64,000 nt of DNA, from the IMG/VR virus record IMGVR_UViG_3300032397_003421; one strand, given 5' to 3'. Source of the DNA: an uncultured virus (IMG/VR IMGVR_UViG_3300032397_003421). Taxonomy: Duplodnaviria > Heunggongvirae > Uroviricota > Caudoviricetes. The notes below the pieces were generated by a model. It was given only the letters and a program-made list of their open reading frames with translations. It did no database searches and was not told where the DNA came from. This document shows, piece by piece, positions 29,476-39,408 of the stretch (position 1 is its first letter; every line of letters begins with the position of its first letter). The position numbers and the translations under genes were made by a program.

Positions 29476-29661
29476 TTATTCTTTAAAAGATCCTTCTGCT
29501 TTTAATTCATCAAGTATATATTCTTTATCTGCAAAAGATAATTTCATAAATTCTTTATCTTTCTTTACATCTTTAAATGAACCATATTTTCCTTTAAATT
29601 CTCCTACAAGCTCATTTAAATCTTTTTTACTTGCCTCTTTATACTTTACATATTTTTTCAT
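29476..29661 (-). CDS. Small protein with MKKYVKYKE leader (possible internal virion protein)
   Basis: GAGG RBS; N-terminus shared with the adjacent gene. Confidence 0.55.
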   Translation of the reverse strand: MKKYVKYKEASKKDLNELVGEFKGKYGSFKDVKKDKEFMKLSFADKEYILDELKAEGSFKE

Positions 29662-30036
29662 TTAATTACCTCGTTTAAATGCTACTTTTTTCTTATCAAA
29701 ATTAAAAAATTCATCTGAAACTAAAAATATATTATTTTGTTTTGAATTATCATTAAATGAGGAATCTTCAACAGAAGGTATAATCTTCATTAATTTTCCC
29801 ATAATCTCTTTTGCTACTTTTTCATTTTGCTGTTTTTGCTGTTTTAAACTTTGTCCTAAGCTAGTATCTTTATTTCCCATGGAAACAACTTGTCCAGATC
29901 CTCCTGTTATAGTTTTTAAATTAATAAACATAAAATTATCTTCTATTCTATAACTTACTACTTCTTCATAATCTTTTAAATAATTATAAACTTTTAATTC
30001 TACAGCACTTTCTTCATATTTTACGTATTTTTTCAT
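29662..30036 (-). CDS. Protein with MKKYVKYEE leader (possible internal virion protein)
   Basis: GAGGT RBS; N-terminus shared with the adjacent gene. Confidence 0.55.
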   Translation of the reverse strand: MKKYVKYEESAVELKVYNYLKDYEEVVSYRIEDNFMFINLKTITGGSGQVVSMGNKDTSLGQSLKQQKQQNEKVAKEIMGKLMKIIPSVEDSSFNDNSKQNNIFLVSDEFFNFDKKKVAFKRGN

Positions 30037-30080
30037 TTTTTACCTCAAGTTTATTTTATTTTTCTATATTAATAGAAAAA

Positions 30081-30584
30081 TTAACTATAAAATATTTTTA
30101 TATCTATTTCATTTTCATTACAGTAATCTACAATAAATTCAGGTATTCTATGTATTGGCCATTTACAAAAACCTAGTTTTTCTCCTAAATAATATTGTCT
30201 ATAGGATTTTACAGTATCTTTACATTTATATTGTTCTGGCATAGCTAATTTAAATTGAGTAAGTCCTCTAGATTTTAACTTTGATTGGTTAAGATTATAA
30301 ATTACTTGTTCACTTTTATGAACCCTACCATATCTATGAGTATATTCTTTACAAAGTCCTAATGTATATATTTTAAGCCATTCAAAATTATCTAAACTTT
30401 CTCTCGCCCATATACAACAAGGATGATTATAATGTGTCCTTTTATAAAGTACTTCTGATTGATCAAAACAATTACATAAAATTTGAACACTCTCCAATAT
30501 CATTTTCACATTATGTTTATTACAAAGCATAATTGAATTATCTATTGGATTTTCATTTAATACAAAAATATTCAAAATATCCAT
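30081..30584 (-). CDS. Pyrimidine-dimer DNA glycosylase / endonuclease V family protein
   Basis: NIFVL..KHNVKMILESVQIL..YKRTHYNHPCCIWAR..EYTHRYGRVH..AMPEQYK..YRQYY. Confidence 0.8.
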   Translation of the reverse strand: MDILNIFVLNENPIDNSIMLCNKHNVKMILESVQILCNCFDQSEVLYKRTHYNHPCCIWARESLDNFEWLKIYTLGLCKEYTHRYGRVHKSEQVIYNLNQSKLKSRGLTQFKLAMPEQYKCKDTVKSYRQYYLGEKLGFCKWPIHRIPEFIVDYCNENEIDIKIFYS

Positions 30585-30641
30585 CCTTAGTTAATTTAAA
30601 AGCAATGTAAAATAATTATATAAATAACTTTTTAAAAATTA

Positions 30642-30923
30642 TTATGAACAAGTATTACAATTTATAACATTTAAATCTATATTACCAAAAAGTGTAACTT
30701 TACATCCACAATTACATAAAAAACTTCTTGATAATACTTTTTCTTGTTCAAGAATTTCTTTTTTTTCATCTCGTTTTTCTTTTATTACAGTAAGTACTGC
30801 TTGATTTTCTTCATGTTTAGTAAGTTTTTTATTTTTTATTTTATTATCTTTTTTTAATTTTTCAACTTCTTTTTTAAGTTTTTTTTTCTTTTCTTTTCTT
30901 TTTATAGTTTCTGGTCTTTCCAT
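30642..30923 (-). CDS. Lys-rich hypothetical protein with C-terminal Cys cluster
   Basis: CNCGC..CNTC. Confidence 0.5.
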   Translation of the reverse strand: MERPETIKRKEKKKKLKKEVEKLKKDNKIKNKKLTKHEENQAVLTVIKEKRDEKKEILEQEKVLSRSFLCNCGCKVTLFGNIDLNVINCNTCS

Positions 30924-30956
30924 TTTAATATCCCTTTTTTAAAAGCTTATATTTAT

Positions 30957-30984
30957 AATATATAAAAAAATTTAAAAAATTAAA
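30957..30984 (-). promoter_or_regulatory. Early-type promoter TTTAAT-N16-TATATT
   Basis: Repeated intergenic motif. Confidence 0.55.
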
Positions 30985-33751
30985 CTATTATTTTAAAATT
31001 ATTAGTATTTCTTACATTTAATCTTTGTAAACATTCATTCCATTCTTCTTGATGTAAATCCCAATATTGTTTACCATATCCATATTTCCATATTTCACCA
31101 TATTTAATATCAGCCATTAGTTTCACTTGATTATTATCAATATTTTTATAATATGGTATTTCCATCCAATATTTAATAATTTTACAAACTTCTTCTATTT
31201 CATTCAAGTCTAGTTCAAATACAATCTCATCATGTACATTTATAAGTATTTTAGATTTTAGATTTTTTTCTTTAAATTCTTTCCAAATATTAATCATTGC
31301 AATAATAGTAGTTTGACCACTTGTTCCTTGTACTGGAGCATTTATTGCAGCATTTAATAAGTTACCAACATCAAAAGAAGATTGTTTTTTATTATAAAAA
31401 CTATCTTTTCCAATATAAGTTAATTGAGGCAATCTTCTTTTTCTTCCTAATAGAGATTTCACCCATCCATATTTTTTAGCATGTTCACGATTATTTGTTA
31501 TATATGTTGCTACTTCTGGATATGATTTATAAAATGCATCTAAAAATTTATTTCCTTCTTCAGTTGAAACTCCAAATAGATTTGCAATACCATATCCAGT
31601 AGCTCCATAAAATCCTTGAAAATTTAGCGACTTGGATTTACCTCTCCATTCTACAAATTCTTTATCTTCTTGACCATCTATTTTAGTTTTTGAAAATACT
31701 TCTTCATATGTTGTTTTTTTATTTAATAATTCAAATAATTGTACGCAAGTATAACAATGCATATCTTTATTTTCAAGTATAAGAGATTCAAGAATACCAG
31801 GACCTGATATTTGAGAAAATATACAAACTTCCATTGCATCATAATCTGCAAAAGCCATAACCATATTTTTTGACGGTAAAAATATTTTTCTAAATTCTTT
31901 TGTTTTTGGCATATTTTGCCAATTTATAGAAGACCCTAAACCACCTCCTCCTGACATTCTACCAGTTTCAGTTCCATGTAATTTATATCCACCATATAAT
32001 CTATTATTATATATAGAAGCTAAAAATCCTTTTTCATTTTCTTCAAGTTCATCTTCATTACCAAATAATGCGTCTCTAGTAGATTCTTTTTGTTGTAATG
32101 AATATCCAAATTGAGAAATTTCTTTTGTAATATGATTATATTCTGCAATTTTTTTCATGAATGGTAAATTAGATTCTTCTGCATATCTTTCTAGTGTTTC
32201 TTTATCAAGTGTTAAATCACCATTTTTATTTAAAAGTTCTTTGCCATCAGAATTTGTTAATACTTTAAAATTTTCTAAATTTCTTAAAACTTTACTTAAT
32301 TCTTTACCACTTTTTAAATTAAAAGTATATCCAGCAATTTTATATAATTCTTGTTCTGTTTCTAATGCTTGTATTTTTAATTGTTTTACATATTCATTTA
32401 AATATTTAATATCAATTTGAACACCAGTCATTTCTATATCTATAATCATTGGTATTGCTGGCATTATAAACTTATAAAAATTATCTTTTATAAATAAATC
32501 TTCTAATTCTAATCTATTTTTAAAATAAATATATAATTGATATGTAATTATACTATCATAACAAGCATATTCAAGTAATAATTGTTCTGGTAATTTTGTA
32601 AAATCAGTATTTTTATTCTGTTTAATATATTGTTTTAACTTAATATCATATCCACCTAATTGTGTATAAATCCAAGTTAATTGTTTTAATCCATTGGGGG
32701 TATTTTCATTAAGAAGATGAGAAGCTAACATAGTATCAAAAGTACATTTTGCATTATATATTCCATTACTAATTAAAAACTTCAAATCAAATTGGGAATG
32801 ATGCAAGCAAAAATCAATATCAGTTCTATTAAATAATTCAATTAATAAATTTTTATCTATTTGATCAAAATAACAAAAATATCCAGATCTACCATCAAAA
32901 GAAAATTGAATACTATACAATTTTCCTTCTATATAATTTAAATTAGAAGTTTCAATATCTATAGCAATTGCAATAATATCTTTATTTTTTATAAGTTCTT
33001 TAAGAAAAGAATTTGGATTTTTTTCTAAAAATAAATTATATTTTGAAATTCTTCTTTTATTTTCTACTATAGAAGATACTTTATTTTTTATAAGTTCTTT
33101 AAGAAAAGAATTTGGATTTTTTTCTAAAAATAAATTATATTTTGAAATTCTTCTTTTATTTTCTACTATAGAAGATAAAATAAATTTAAATTGTTGAGTA
33201 ATAAATTTATATTCATAGACATCTTTTATAGTGTCACTTATCCATTGATATAAAGCAGGAATTGGAAATATTTTACAATTAAATTCTTGAGAATATAACC
33301 AACAATCATCTTTTTGATATTCTTGTAATGAATTATTAACTGGAATAAAAAAATGTTCAGCTCGTAATCCTTTACTTTCTGTAATAGAATATAATGCTCT
33401 ACCTGTAGTTATAATACATTTTGGATTATATTTTTCTATTATTTTTTTTATATTATATTCTTTACATTTTACGTAAGTATTTATTGTATCTTGTGAAGAA
33501 AACCCAATAGGAGTACATCCAAGAGCTGGAATAATAGCATATTTTATATTTTTAAAATAATTTTCACATAATTTTAAAAAAGGATTTAATTTATCAAATG
33601 TTTCTTTAAATTCAAGCAATATTAAAACATCTATATTTTCTTGATTTATTGAATTTCCATAATGTTCATTATATGTATTTGTATAAATAGTACTTTTATT
33701 TGCAGCACAACTACATTTTTGTATTTTCTTTTTTTGTAAAAAATCTTCCAT
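30980..33751 (-). CDS. polA: Family A DNA polymerase with 3'-5' exonuclease and N-terminal UDG-like domain
   Basis: DIETS, HHSQFD, DTMLAS, YACYD; TETGRMS, NWQNMP, ADYDAME, KSLNFQGFYG, GRKRR, NAPVQG, VHDE. Confidence 0.95.
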   Translation of the reverse strand: MEDFLQKKKIQKCSCAANKSTIYTNTYNEHYGNSINQENIDVLILLEFKETFDKLNPFLKLCENYFKNIKYAIIPALGCTPIGFSSQDTINTYVKCKEYNIKKIIEKYNPKCIITTGRALYSITESKGLRAEHFFIPVNNSLQEYQKDDCWLYSQEFNCKIFPIPALYQWISDTIKDVYEYKFITQQFKFILSSIVENKRRISKYNLFLEKNPNSFLKELIKNKVSSIVENKRRISKYNLFLEKNPNSFLKELIKNKDIIAIAIDIETSNLNYIEGKLYSIQFSFDGRSGYFCYFDQIDKNLLIELFNRTDIDFCLHHSQFDLKFLISNGIYNAKCTFDTMLASHLLNENTPNGLKQLTWIYTQLGGYDIKLKQYIKQNKNTDFTKLPEQLLLEYACYDSIITYQLYIYFKNRLELEDLFIKDNFYKFIMPAIPMIIDIEMTGVQIDIKYLNEYVKQLKIQALETEQELYKIAGYTFNLKSGKELSKVLRNLENFKVLTNSDGKELLNKNGDLTLDKETLERYAEESNLPFMKKIAEYNHITKEISQFGYSLQQKESTRDALFGNEDELEENEKGFLASIYNNRLYGGYKLHGTETGRMSGGGGLGSSINWQNMPKTKEFRKIFLPSKNMVMAFADYDAMEVCIFSQISGPGILESLILENKDMHCYTCVQLFELLNKKTTYEEVFSKTKIDGQEDKEFVEWRGKSKSLNFQGFYGATGYGIANLFGVSTEEGNKFLDAFYKSYPEVATYITNNREHAKKYGWVKSLLGRKRRLPQLTYIGKDSFYNKKQSSFDVGNLLNAAINAPVQGTSGQTTIIAMINIWKEFKEKNLKSKILINVHDEIVFELDLNEIEEVCKIIKYWMEIPYYKNIDNNQVKLMADIKYGEIWKYGYGKQYWDLHQEEWNECLQRLNVRNTNNFKIIV
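32980..33177. repeat. Exact 99-bp tandem duplication within polA
   Basis: 32980-33078 equals 33079-33177; SSIVENKRRISKYNLFLEKNPNSFLKELIKNK occurs twice. Confidence 0.95.
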
Positions 33752-33772
33752 TTATTTTTTCCTTATTTTGAT

Positions 33773-33801
33773 AATATATAAACTAATTATAAAAATTTAA
33801 A
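33773..33801 (-). promoter_or_regulatory. Early-type promoter TTTAAA-N17-TATATT (polA)
   Basis: Repeated intergenic motif. Confidence 0.55.
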
Positions 33802-34225
33802 TTTTTTCTACTTCAATCCCTCTATTTTTTAAAAAATCTATTCCAGAAGAATCTCTATATTCTTCTCTATAAAAAACTTTTTTAATACCAGCAGATAGAA
33901 TTTGTAAACTACAATTAAAACATGGAGATAATGTTATATAGATTGTTGATCCATTAGGAGAAATACCTTGTTTTGCTGCTTTATGTATGGCATTAAGTTC
34001 TGAATGCATTACTTCTTTTCTAGTAACTAATTCTCCCAGTTCATTAATATATTCACATTCATTGTCCATTCCCATGGGCATACCATTATATCCATATGCT
34101 ATAATATTATGATCTTTAACAATAACGCATCCAACCTTATTACGAGTTGCATAAGACATCTGGGATGTATTAACTGCAATAGACATATATAATTGATCAT
34201 ATTGTTTTATTCGTTCCTTATTCAT
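33797..34225 (-). CDS. dCMP deaminase
   Basis: KVGCVIV, GYNG, HSELNAI, SPCFNC; start likely ATG 34225 (track extends to 34240). Confidence 0.92.
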   Translation of the reverse strand: MNKERIKQYDQLYMSIAVNTSQMSYATRNKVGCVIVKDHNIIAYGYNGMPMGMDNECEYINELGELVTRKEVMHSELNAIHKAAKQGISPNGSTIYITLSPCFNCSLQILSAGIKKVFYREEYRDSSGIDFLKNRGIEVEKI

Positions 34226-34937
34226 TATAACTTTCCACAATTTGTGTAATCATATTAAAATCTTTTTCATAACAATGTAAAGAATTGGCTTCCCAAATAA
34301 TTTCACCTATTTCAAGAGTATTATACTTTTCTTTTAATTTATTATACATTTTAAGATATACAAAACAATGCCATGCCAGATCATTGAATGTTCCATATAT
34401 AATATCATTACTTCTCATGTTAACAATATATATAAGTTTATTCTCTCTTACAAATTGTTGAGTATTAAAAGTACAACAATAATCAGACATTCCATCTCTA
34501 TTATAATCGTTTACCATAGAGGGTCGATTATATAGCATACAGGCCCTACGTGATTCCTTATTATTTAATAATTCATTTAATGAAAATTCATATTGATTAT
34601 AATTTTCTTTAGAAAAAATGCACCACCCATAATTAGAATTTATTTCTTTTCTATTATCTTTTGTACATACCTCATTCCATATTTTAACGTCGTCTACATA
34701 CCCTATAATAGATAGCGACTGAGATAAATACCATTTTAATTCTTTCTCTACATATTTTTCTGGTGTTTTTCTTATATTATTAAAATTCAAAATAGATTGC
34801 ATTGGATCTAACCCTTCTATTTTTGCTCCTATTATTTCAACAACTTTAACACCAGTTTTATCTATTACAAACTTTTTATTTTGTATATCATTATACAGTT
34901 GTCTAAAATAGGGTAAAAGTATTTGTTCATTTGTCAT
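34218..34937 (-). CDS. dCMP hydroxymethylase (T4 gp42-like, thymidylate synthase superfamily)
   Basis: INSNYGW, SRRA, RPSM..DYN.DGMSDYCCT, MRSNDIIYGTFNDLAW (Asp at the dCMP-specificity position as in gp42), SLHCYE. Confidence 0.88.
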   Translation of the reverse strand: MTNEQILLPYFRQLYNDIQNKKFVIDKTGVKVVEIIGAKIEGLDPMQSILNFNNIRKTPEKYVEKELKWYLSQSLSIIGYVDDVKIWNEVCTKDNRKEINSNYGWCIFSKENYNQYEFSLNELLNNKESRRACMLYNRPSMVNDYNRDGMSDYCCTFNTQQFVRENKLIYIVNMRSNDIIYGTFNDLAWHCFVYLKMYNKLKEKYNTLEIGEIIWEANSLHCYEKDFNMITQIVESYNE

Positions 34938-34952
34938 TTAATTTTCCTTTAA

Positions 34953-35309
34953 TTAACATCTATTATAATTATCAATATAACGAATAATATCTTCTTCATC
35001 TAATTTTTCACCACATTGAATTTCTATTACTTGAAGTTCATTCATTGTTTTATTTTCTAATCGATGTAATTGCAAATTGTCTATATAAATAAAATCATTA
35101 TAAAAATATTCTTTAATAATATTATCAACTGTAACGGTTGCAATTCCATTTACAACTACCCAATGTTCAGATCTATGTTTATAATATTGTAAAGATAAAC
35201 TTTGTAATGGATTTACAGATAATAGTTTTACTTTATATTTTTCATTATTTAAAATAACTTGATAATATCCCCATGGTTTATTAACTTTCATATAAAAATA
35301 ATCCTTCAA
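34953..35309 (-). CDS. Cupin, phosphomannose isomerase type II C-terminal-like
   Basis: KPWGYY..KVK.L.V.P..SLSLQY..HRSEHWVVVNG..HRLEN..IEIQ.G..EEDIIR. Confidence 0.85.
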   Translation of the reverse strand: MKDYFYMKVNKPWGYYQVILNNEKYKVKLLSVNPLQSLSLQYYKHRSEHWVVVNGIATVTVDNIIKEYFYNDFIYIDNLQLHRLENKTMNELQVIEIQCGEKLDEEDIIRYIDNYNRC

Positions 35310-36498
35310 TATCTTTAATTACATTATTTGAAATTTCTTCAAAAGCTCCTTGATTATTTCTAATTTTAATTTCTTTAAATTCATTTGTATTAATATAATC
35401 TAAAGAATCTAGTGCATAATTTAATTTTTGTACTATGCTATCAACTATAGGTGAATCACCATCATGATCGATATAATAAGGATACTTTTTACCACCTCTT
35501 CTAGCATATTCAAAAACCATAGGCATTATAGTAATATTATTACAATAAAGAGACTCCACTTGACTACACCCCCCCATTCTCTCAAGAATAAATCCATGAA
35601 AGCTAATATCTGCTTTCCATAATAATTCAAAGTATTCTTGTCTATTAAGAGATCCTTCTTTATAAATATAGAGAGGTTTAACTAATTCTTTTAATTCATC
35701 TATGGAATATTTTCCAGATGGATTTGTAAATATAACTTGAAAATCTTTTCTTTTTTCATAAAGTTTATTTACTGCTTCAATAAATTCTATGTGATGAGTA
35801 TAGTTTATACCACTTAATCTATTGAGAAATAATATAGTTTTCTTTTCAAATTTTTCTTCTAATTTATAAGTATCAGCCTCTTTTTTAGAAAATCCAAAAT
35901 CCCAAATAAAACTTTTCTTTTTAATTTGATTTATTTTATTTGATTTAAAAACTAATTTAGCATTATTAAAAAAAGCTTCTTTTGTTGATTTACAAGTAAA
36001 AATACAAAGATCAGAACATTCATATCCATCAAATTGTCTATATTGATAACTTATTTCAGTAGCCACTTTTGCTTCATTAATTTCAGGAGTATCCATCCAA
36101 TAACAACAAGAAATTAACTTTGTTTCTTTTGATTTTTGAAATAAATATGTTTTTATATTTCTAGAAAGTTCTATAATATTATTCCATACAATATCAATCT
36201 TTGGAAGTTCTTTAAAAATAGAATCAAATTCAATAATATTAAAATGTTGTCGTATTGTAAATGCATCAATAGGATAAGTATAGGGAATAAAAATAACATT
36301 TTTGTGTTTAAAGATATTATCATAAGATTTTATGTCAGCAAAATCTTTAAGTGGTGCAATAAGAATATAAACTGTCCAATTTATCTTTTCAACAATTTCA
36401 GTTAAAATCCCAACTAGCATATTAATGTTACTATCAGCGCTAATCCATTTATTTTCATTATTATAAATACTTTGTTGCAAAATATATAAAATATTCAT
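35281..36498 (-). CDS. GT-B fold glycosyltransferase
   Basis: 405 aa two-domain; ILFLNRLS, LNRQEYFELLWKAD, ERMGGCSQVES (E-x7-E-like). Confidence 0.75.
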   Translation of the reverse strand: MNILYILQQSIYNNENKWISADSNINMLVGILTEIVEKINWTVYILIAPLKDFADIKSYDNIFKHKNVIFIPYTYPIDAFTIRQHFNIIEFDSIFKELPKIDIVWNNIIELSRNIKTYLFQKSKETKLISCCYWMDTPEINEAKVATEISYQYRQFDGYECSDLCIFTCKSTKEAFFNNAKLVFKSNKINQIKKKSFIWDFGFSKKEADTYKLEEKFEKKTILFLNRLSGINYTHHIEFIEAVNKLYEKRKDFQVIFTNPSGKYSIDELKELVKPLYIYKEGSLNRQEYFELLWKADISFHGFILERMGGCSQVESLYCNNITIMPMVFEYARRGGKKYPYYIDHDGDSPIVDSIVQKLNYALDSLDYINTNEFKEIKIRNNQGAFEEISNNVIKDIEGLFLYES

Positions 36499-37181
36499 TT
36501 ATTATCTCCTATTATATTTTTTAAATGCGCTTCACTTCTATTTCTTAATTTAATTTTATGTTTTCTAAGTATTTTGCTAATAGGCCCACCATAGACATTA
36601 TATCTTTTTCCTATTGTATAAGGTGATTCTTTTAAATTTAAATATGAAAAAATTATTTCTTTTTCTTGCTCATCTGTAAAAAATTTACCACTAGCTTCTT
36701 GTAAATTTCTTTTATGCACATTATTTTCTTTTAATATTCTTTCAATAACCGCACCACTAACATTAAATATTTTTCCTATATTTTTTAAAGATATTTTGTC
36801 ATTATACATATTTAAAATAGATATAGTTTGTGATTGAGAAAATTGAATTTTACTTCTTCCAGGACAATCTGTATTATCTGGATCCTGTTTATTATACCCA
36901 AATTCACTATTTTTTGTTTTATAAAAGTCTATATAATATTTTTCCTTTTGTCTAAGAGTATCTTCATTATATTCTGATAGTAATTCGATAATATAAAAAT
37001 TAAAATTTTCTTTGCCGTATTTTAATAATGAAAATCTTAAATATTTATTTATGGCCTCATTTTTTAAAAATAATTGCATATGATCTTTTAACCTTGACTG
37101 AACATATTTAGAACTTCCAATATATTTTTTGTTATTTATTTTATTTTCAATACAATATATTCCAGGTTGTACAAATAGCAT
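36495..37181 (-). CDS. GIY-YIG homing endonuclease with repeated HTH DNA-binding modules
   Basis: GIYCIENKINNKKYIGSS..R..H; GYN; two C-terminal IGK.FNV..I..IL repeats. Confidence 0.88.
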   Translation of the reverse strand: MLFVQPGIYCIENKINNKKYIGSSKYVQSRLKDHMQLFLKNEAINKYLRFSLLKYGKENFNFYIIELLSEYNEDTLRQKEKYYIDFYKTKNSEFGYNKQDPDNTDCPGRSKIQFSQSQTISILNMYNDKISLKNIGKIFNVSGAVIERILKENNVHKRNLQEASGKFFTDEQEKEIIFSYLNLKESPYTIGKRYNVYGGPISKILRKHKIKLRNRSEAHLKNIIGDNK

Positions 37182-37682
37182 TTATTCTCCTATGAATTCT
37201 TTTATTTTTAATATTTGATTTTCTAAATTTTCATCTGTAGTATCTAATATAAGATATTCACATTTTGTTTTTTTAAGAAATTCAATATAATATTGTTTTA
37301 TTAATTTTATTTTATTTTGATTAATAACATCATCAATATATATTTTATATTCTTTTTTAAAACAATAAATAAGTTTTAATTTCAACTTAGAAAACTCTTC
37401 ATCTATTTGCCATATAAAATTTTCATTAAATTGTCTATCTAATGCTAAGGAATATGAAAAATGACAAGCAATTCCACGATCCATAATTAAATTAGTTGGA
37501 ACTTGTTTTAAATAATCTATAAAAAATCTACTTTCATATTCTACTGAAAGATCAATTTCATTATTTTTAAAATATTCTTTTGTATTATTATTTCTATAAT
37601 ATGAAATATTTAATAACTTAGATATTATTTGAGCAATTGTTGTTTTTGCTGTTCTATCAGGACCAATAAATTGAATCAACAT
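37182..37682 (-). CDS. dNMP kinase (thymidylate kinase-like P-loop)
   Basis: IGPDRTAKTT and LIMDR motifs. Confidence 0.75.
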   Translation of the reverse strand: MLIQFIGPDRTAKTTIAQIISKLLNISYYRNNNTKEYFKNNEIDLSVEYESRFFIDYLKQVPTNLIMDRGIACHFSYSLALDRQFNENFIWQIDEEFSKLKLKLIYCFKKEYKIYIDDVINQNKIKLIKQYYIEFLKKTKCEYLILDTTDENLENQILKIKEFIGE

Positions 37683-37693
37683 TAAATTTTTCC

Positions 37694-38383
37694 TTATATT
37701 TTTTCTAAAAAATAAATCACATCTCTACTTAATTTATAATTATTCCAAGCAAATAAAACTCGTTGAATTTCAATTGGTAAAATAGTAAACTCTTCTATTG
37801 CACAATTATTTAAATAATTATCATTTGACATACTCCATCCATGTACATCTAATATTTTGAGTCCATTTTGATTAAAACAATCTTCAAGTTCTTTATAAGT
37901 ATATTCATAATTATGATATTTTGGCCAATTTACAATATTTGATATTTGATTTGGTGTACTTATAATTAAATATTTAAAAGGTAAATTACAAATTTTATTA
38001 AAAATTTCTATTCCTTTTTCTTTTGAATCAAAATGTTCAATTACATCTAATAATAATAAACAATCAATTTTATTTTTTAAAATAATTTCTTGAATAGTTA
38101 AAAATACATTTTCTGTTTTATAAAAAATTCCATTACTACAAAGATTATCATATATAATTGAATCTCTATAATCAATACCAAAATAAGAAATAATTTTATT
38201 TGATTCAATTAATAATTTATTAATATATGCTGTATCACAACCCACATCAATAATTGATTCAATATTATTTTTAATAATAAATTCTCTAACAGATTGATCT
38301 TTAAATAATTTACTTATATATCCAGGATCAAGATCTATTTTAGATAATTGTTGTCTTAATGATGACATATCAACAATAGTCAT
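37694..38383 (-). CDS. Class I SAM-dependent methyltransferase
   Basis: IIDVGCD, FGID, LLDVIEHF, IISTPN, H..EYTYKEL. Confidence 0.85.
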   Translation of the reverse strand: MTIVDMSSLRQQLSKIDLDPGYISKLFKDQSVREFIIKNNIESIIDVGCDTAYINKLLIESNKIISYFGIDYRDSIIYDNLCSNGIFYKTENVFLTIQEIILKNKIDCLLLLDVIEHFDSKEKGIEIFNKICNLPFKYLIISTPNQISNIVNWPKYHNYEYTYKELEDCFNQNGLKILDVHGWSMSNDNYLNNCAIEEFTILPIEIQRVLFAWNNYKLSRDVIYFLEKI

Positions 38384-39408
38384 ATTTTTTCTAAATTTAC
38401 CATTTCAATTACCCATGGTATAATTTCATCTAATGCTTTATTTAATGAAGTTTCTGCTTTAAATCCTAATAACTTTTCTGCTTTATCAATAGAAGGAATT
38501 CGGCATTGTACATCATATTCATACGGGTTATCTGAAATATAATTAAACTCTACATTAGAATTTAATCTATCCCAAATAATTTTTGCAAGTTCTAATACAG
38601 TATAACTTTCAGGGGTACTTAAATTAAAATCAGTATTTAATGCATTTTCATTAAAAATGGCTTGATAAATCCCTTCTGCTAAATCTCCTGCATATGTATA
38701 ATGGCGTATTTGATTTCCTTTTCCAAGAATATGAAGCGGGTTTTGACCTTTAATTATTTTTTGTATAAGATCAGGTATTACATGGCTAAGAGCTAATTTA
38801 ATATTACCAGACATAACTACTGTTTCTGTCATAGCTGCTTGTTCCCCAATTCCAGCTGCATTAAATGGTCTTACAATAGTATATGGAAGTTTATATTGTT
38901 CATATGCACCTTTAACAAAATATTCAATTGCAAGTTTTTGAAATCCATATGTTGATAATGGAGGTGGGCAAATCAATTGATCTCCTTCTTTTGAAGGAAA
39001 AGTTTCTGTTGATTCAAAAACCATACTTGAAGATATTGCAATTATTTTTTTAAGAAATCCTTCTTTATGCGCTTTAATTGCAATATCAAAAATAGATGCG
39101 GTAAGTCTTTCATTTTCAGCAAGTAAATCATAAGCCAATTCATGAAAGAAACTTATACCACCAATCCACGCAGCTCCATGCACAATATAATCTATTTTAT
39201 TAGAAAAAATTATATTTTCTAAAATATCTTTATTTTTTGCATCACCATAAAAATGAAAATAATTTGGATGTTTATCAAAACTTTTTTCTAATGGACCATA
39301 TTTCCAATCATTATCTACTCCATAAACAATATGACCTTCATTTAATAATTTTTGTATTGAATATCCTGCAATAAAACCTCGATCACCAGTCCAAAATATT
39401 TTAGCCAT
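38380..39408 (-). CDS. NAD-dependent nucleotide-sugar epimerase/dehydratase/decarboxylase (extended SDR)
   Basis: TGDRGFIAG, HGAA, SSSMVFE, YGFQK, RPFN, GKGNQIRHYTY; start ATG 39408 coupled to the upstream stop. Confidence 0.9.
   Translation of the reverse strand: MAKIFWTGDRGFIAGYSIQKLLNEGHIVYGVDNDWKYGPLEKSFDKHPNYFHFYGDAKNKDILENIIFSNKIDYIVHGAAWIGGISFFHELAYDLLAENERLTASIFDIAIKAHKEGFLKKIIAISSSMVFESTETFPSKEGDQLICPPPLSTYGFQKLAIEYFVKGAYEQYKLPYTIVRPFNAAGIGEQAAMTETVVMSGNIKLALSHVIPDLIQKIIKGQNPLHILGKGNQIRHYTYAGDLAEGIYQAIFNENALNTDFNLSTPESYTVLELAKIIWDRLNSNVEFNYISDNPYEYDVQCRIPSIDKAEKLLGFKAETSLNKALDEIIPWVIEMVNLEKI

Noticed and set aside
34218..34937. Ordinary thymidylate synthase ThyA
   Set aside because: It lacks the PFN motif and has gp42-type ND.AW and NSNYGW motifs.
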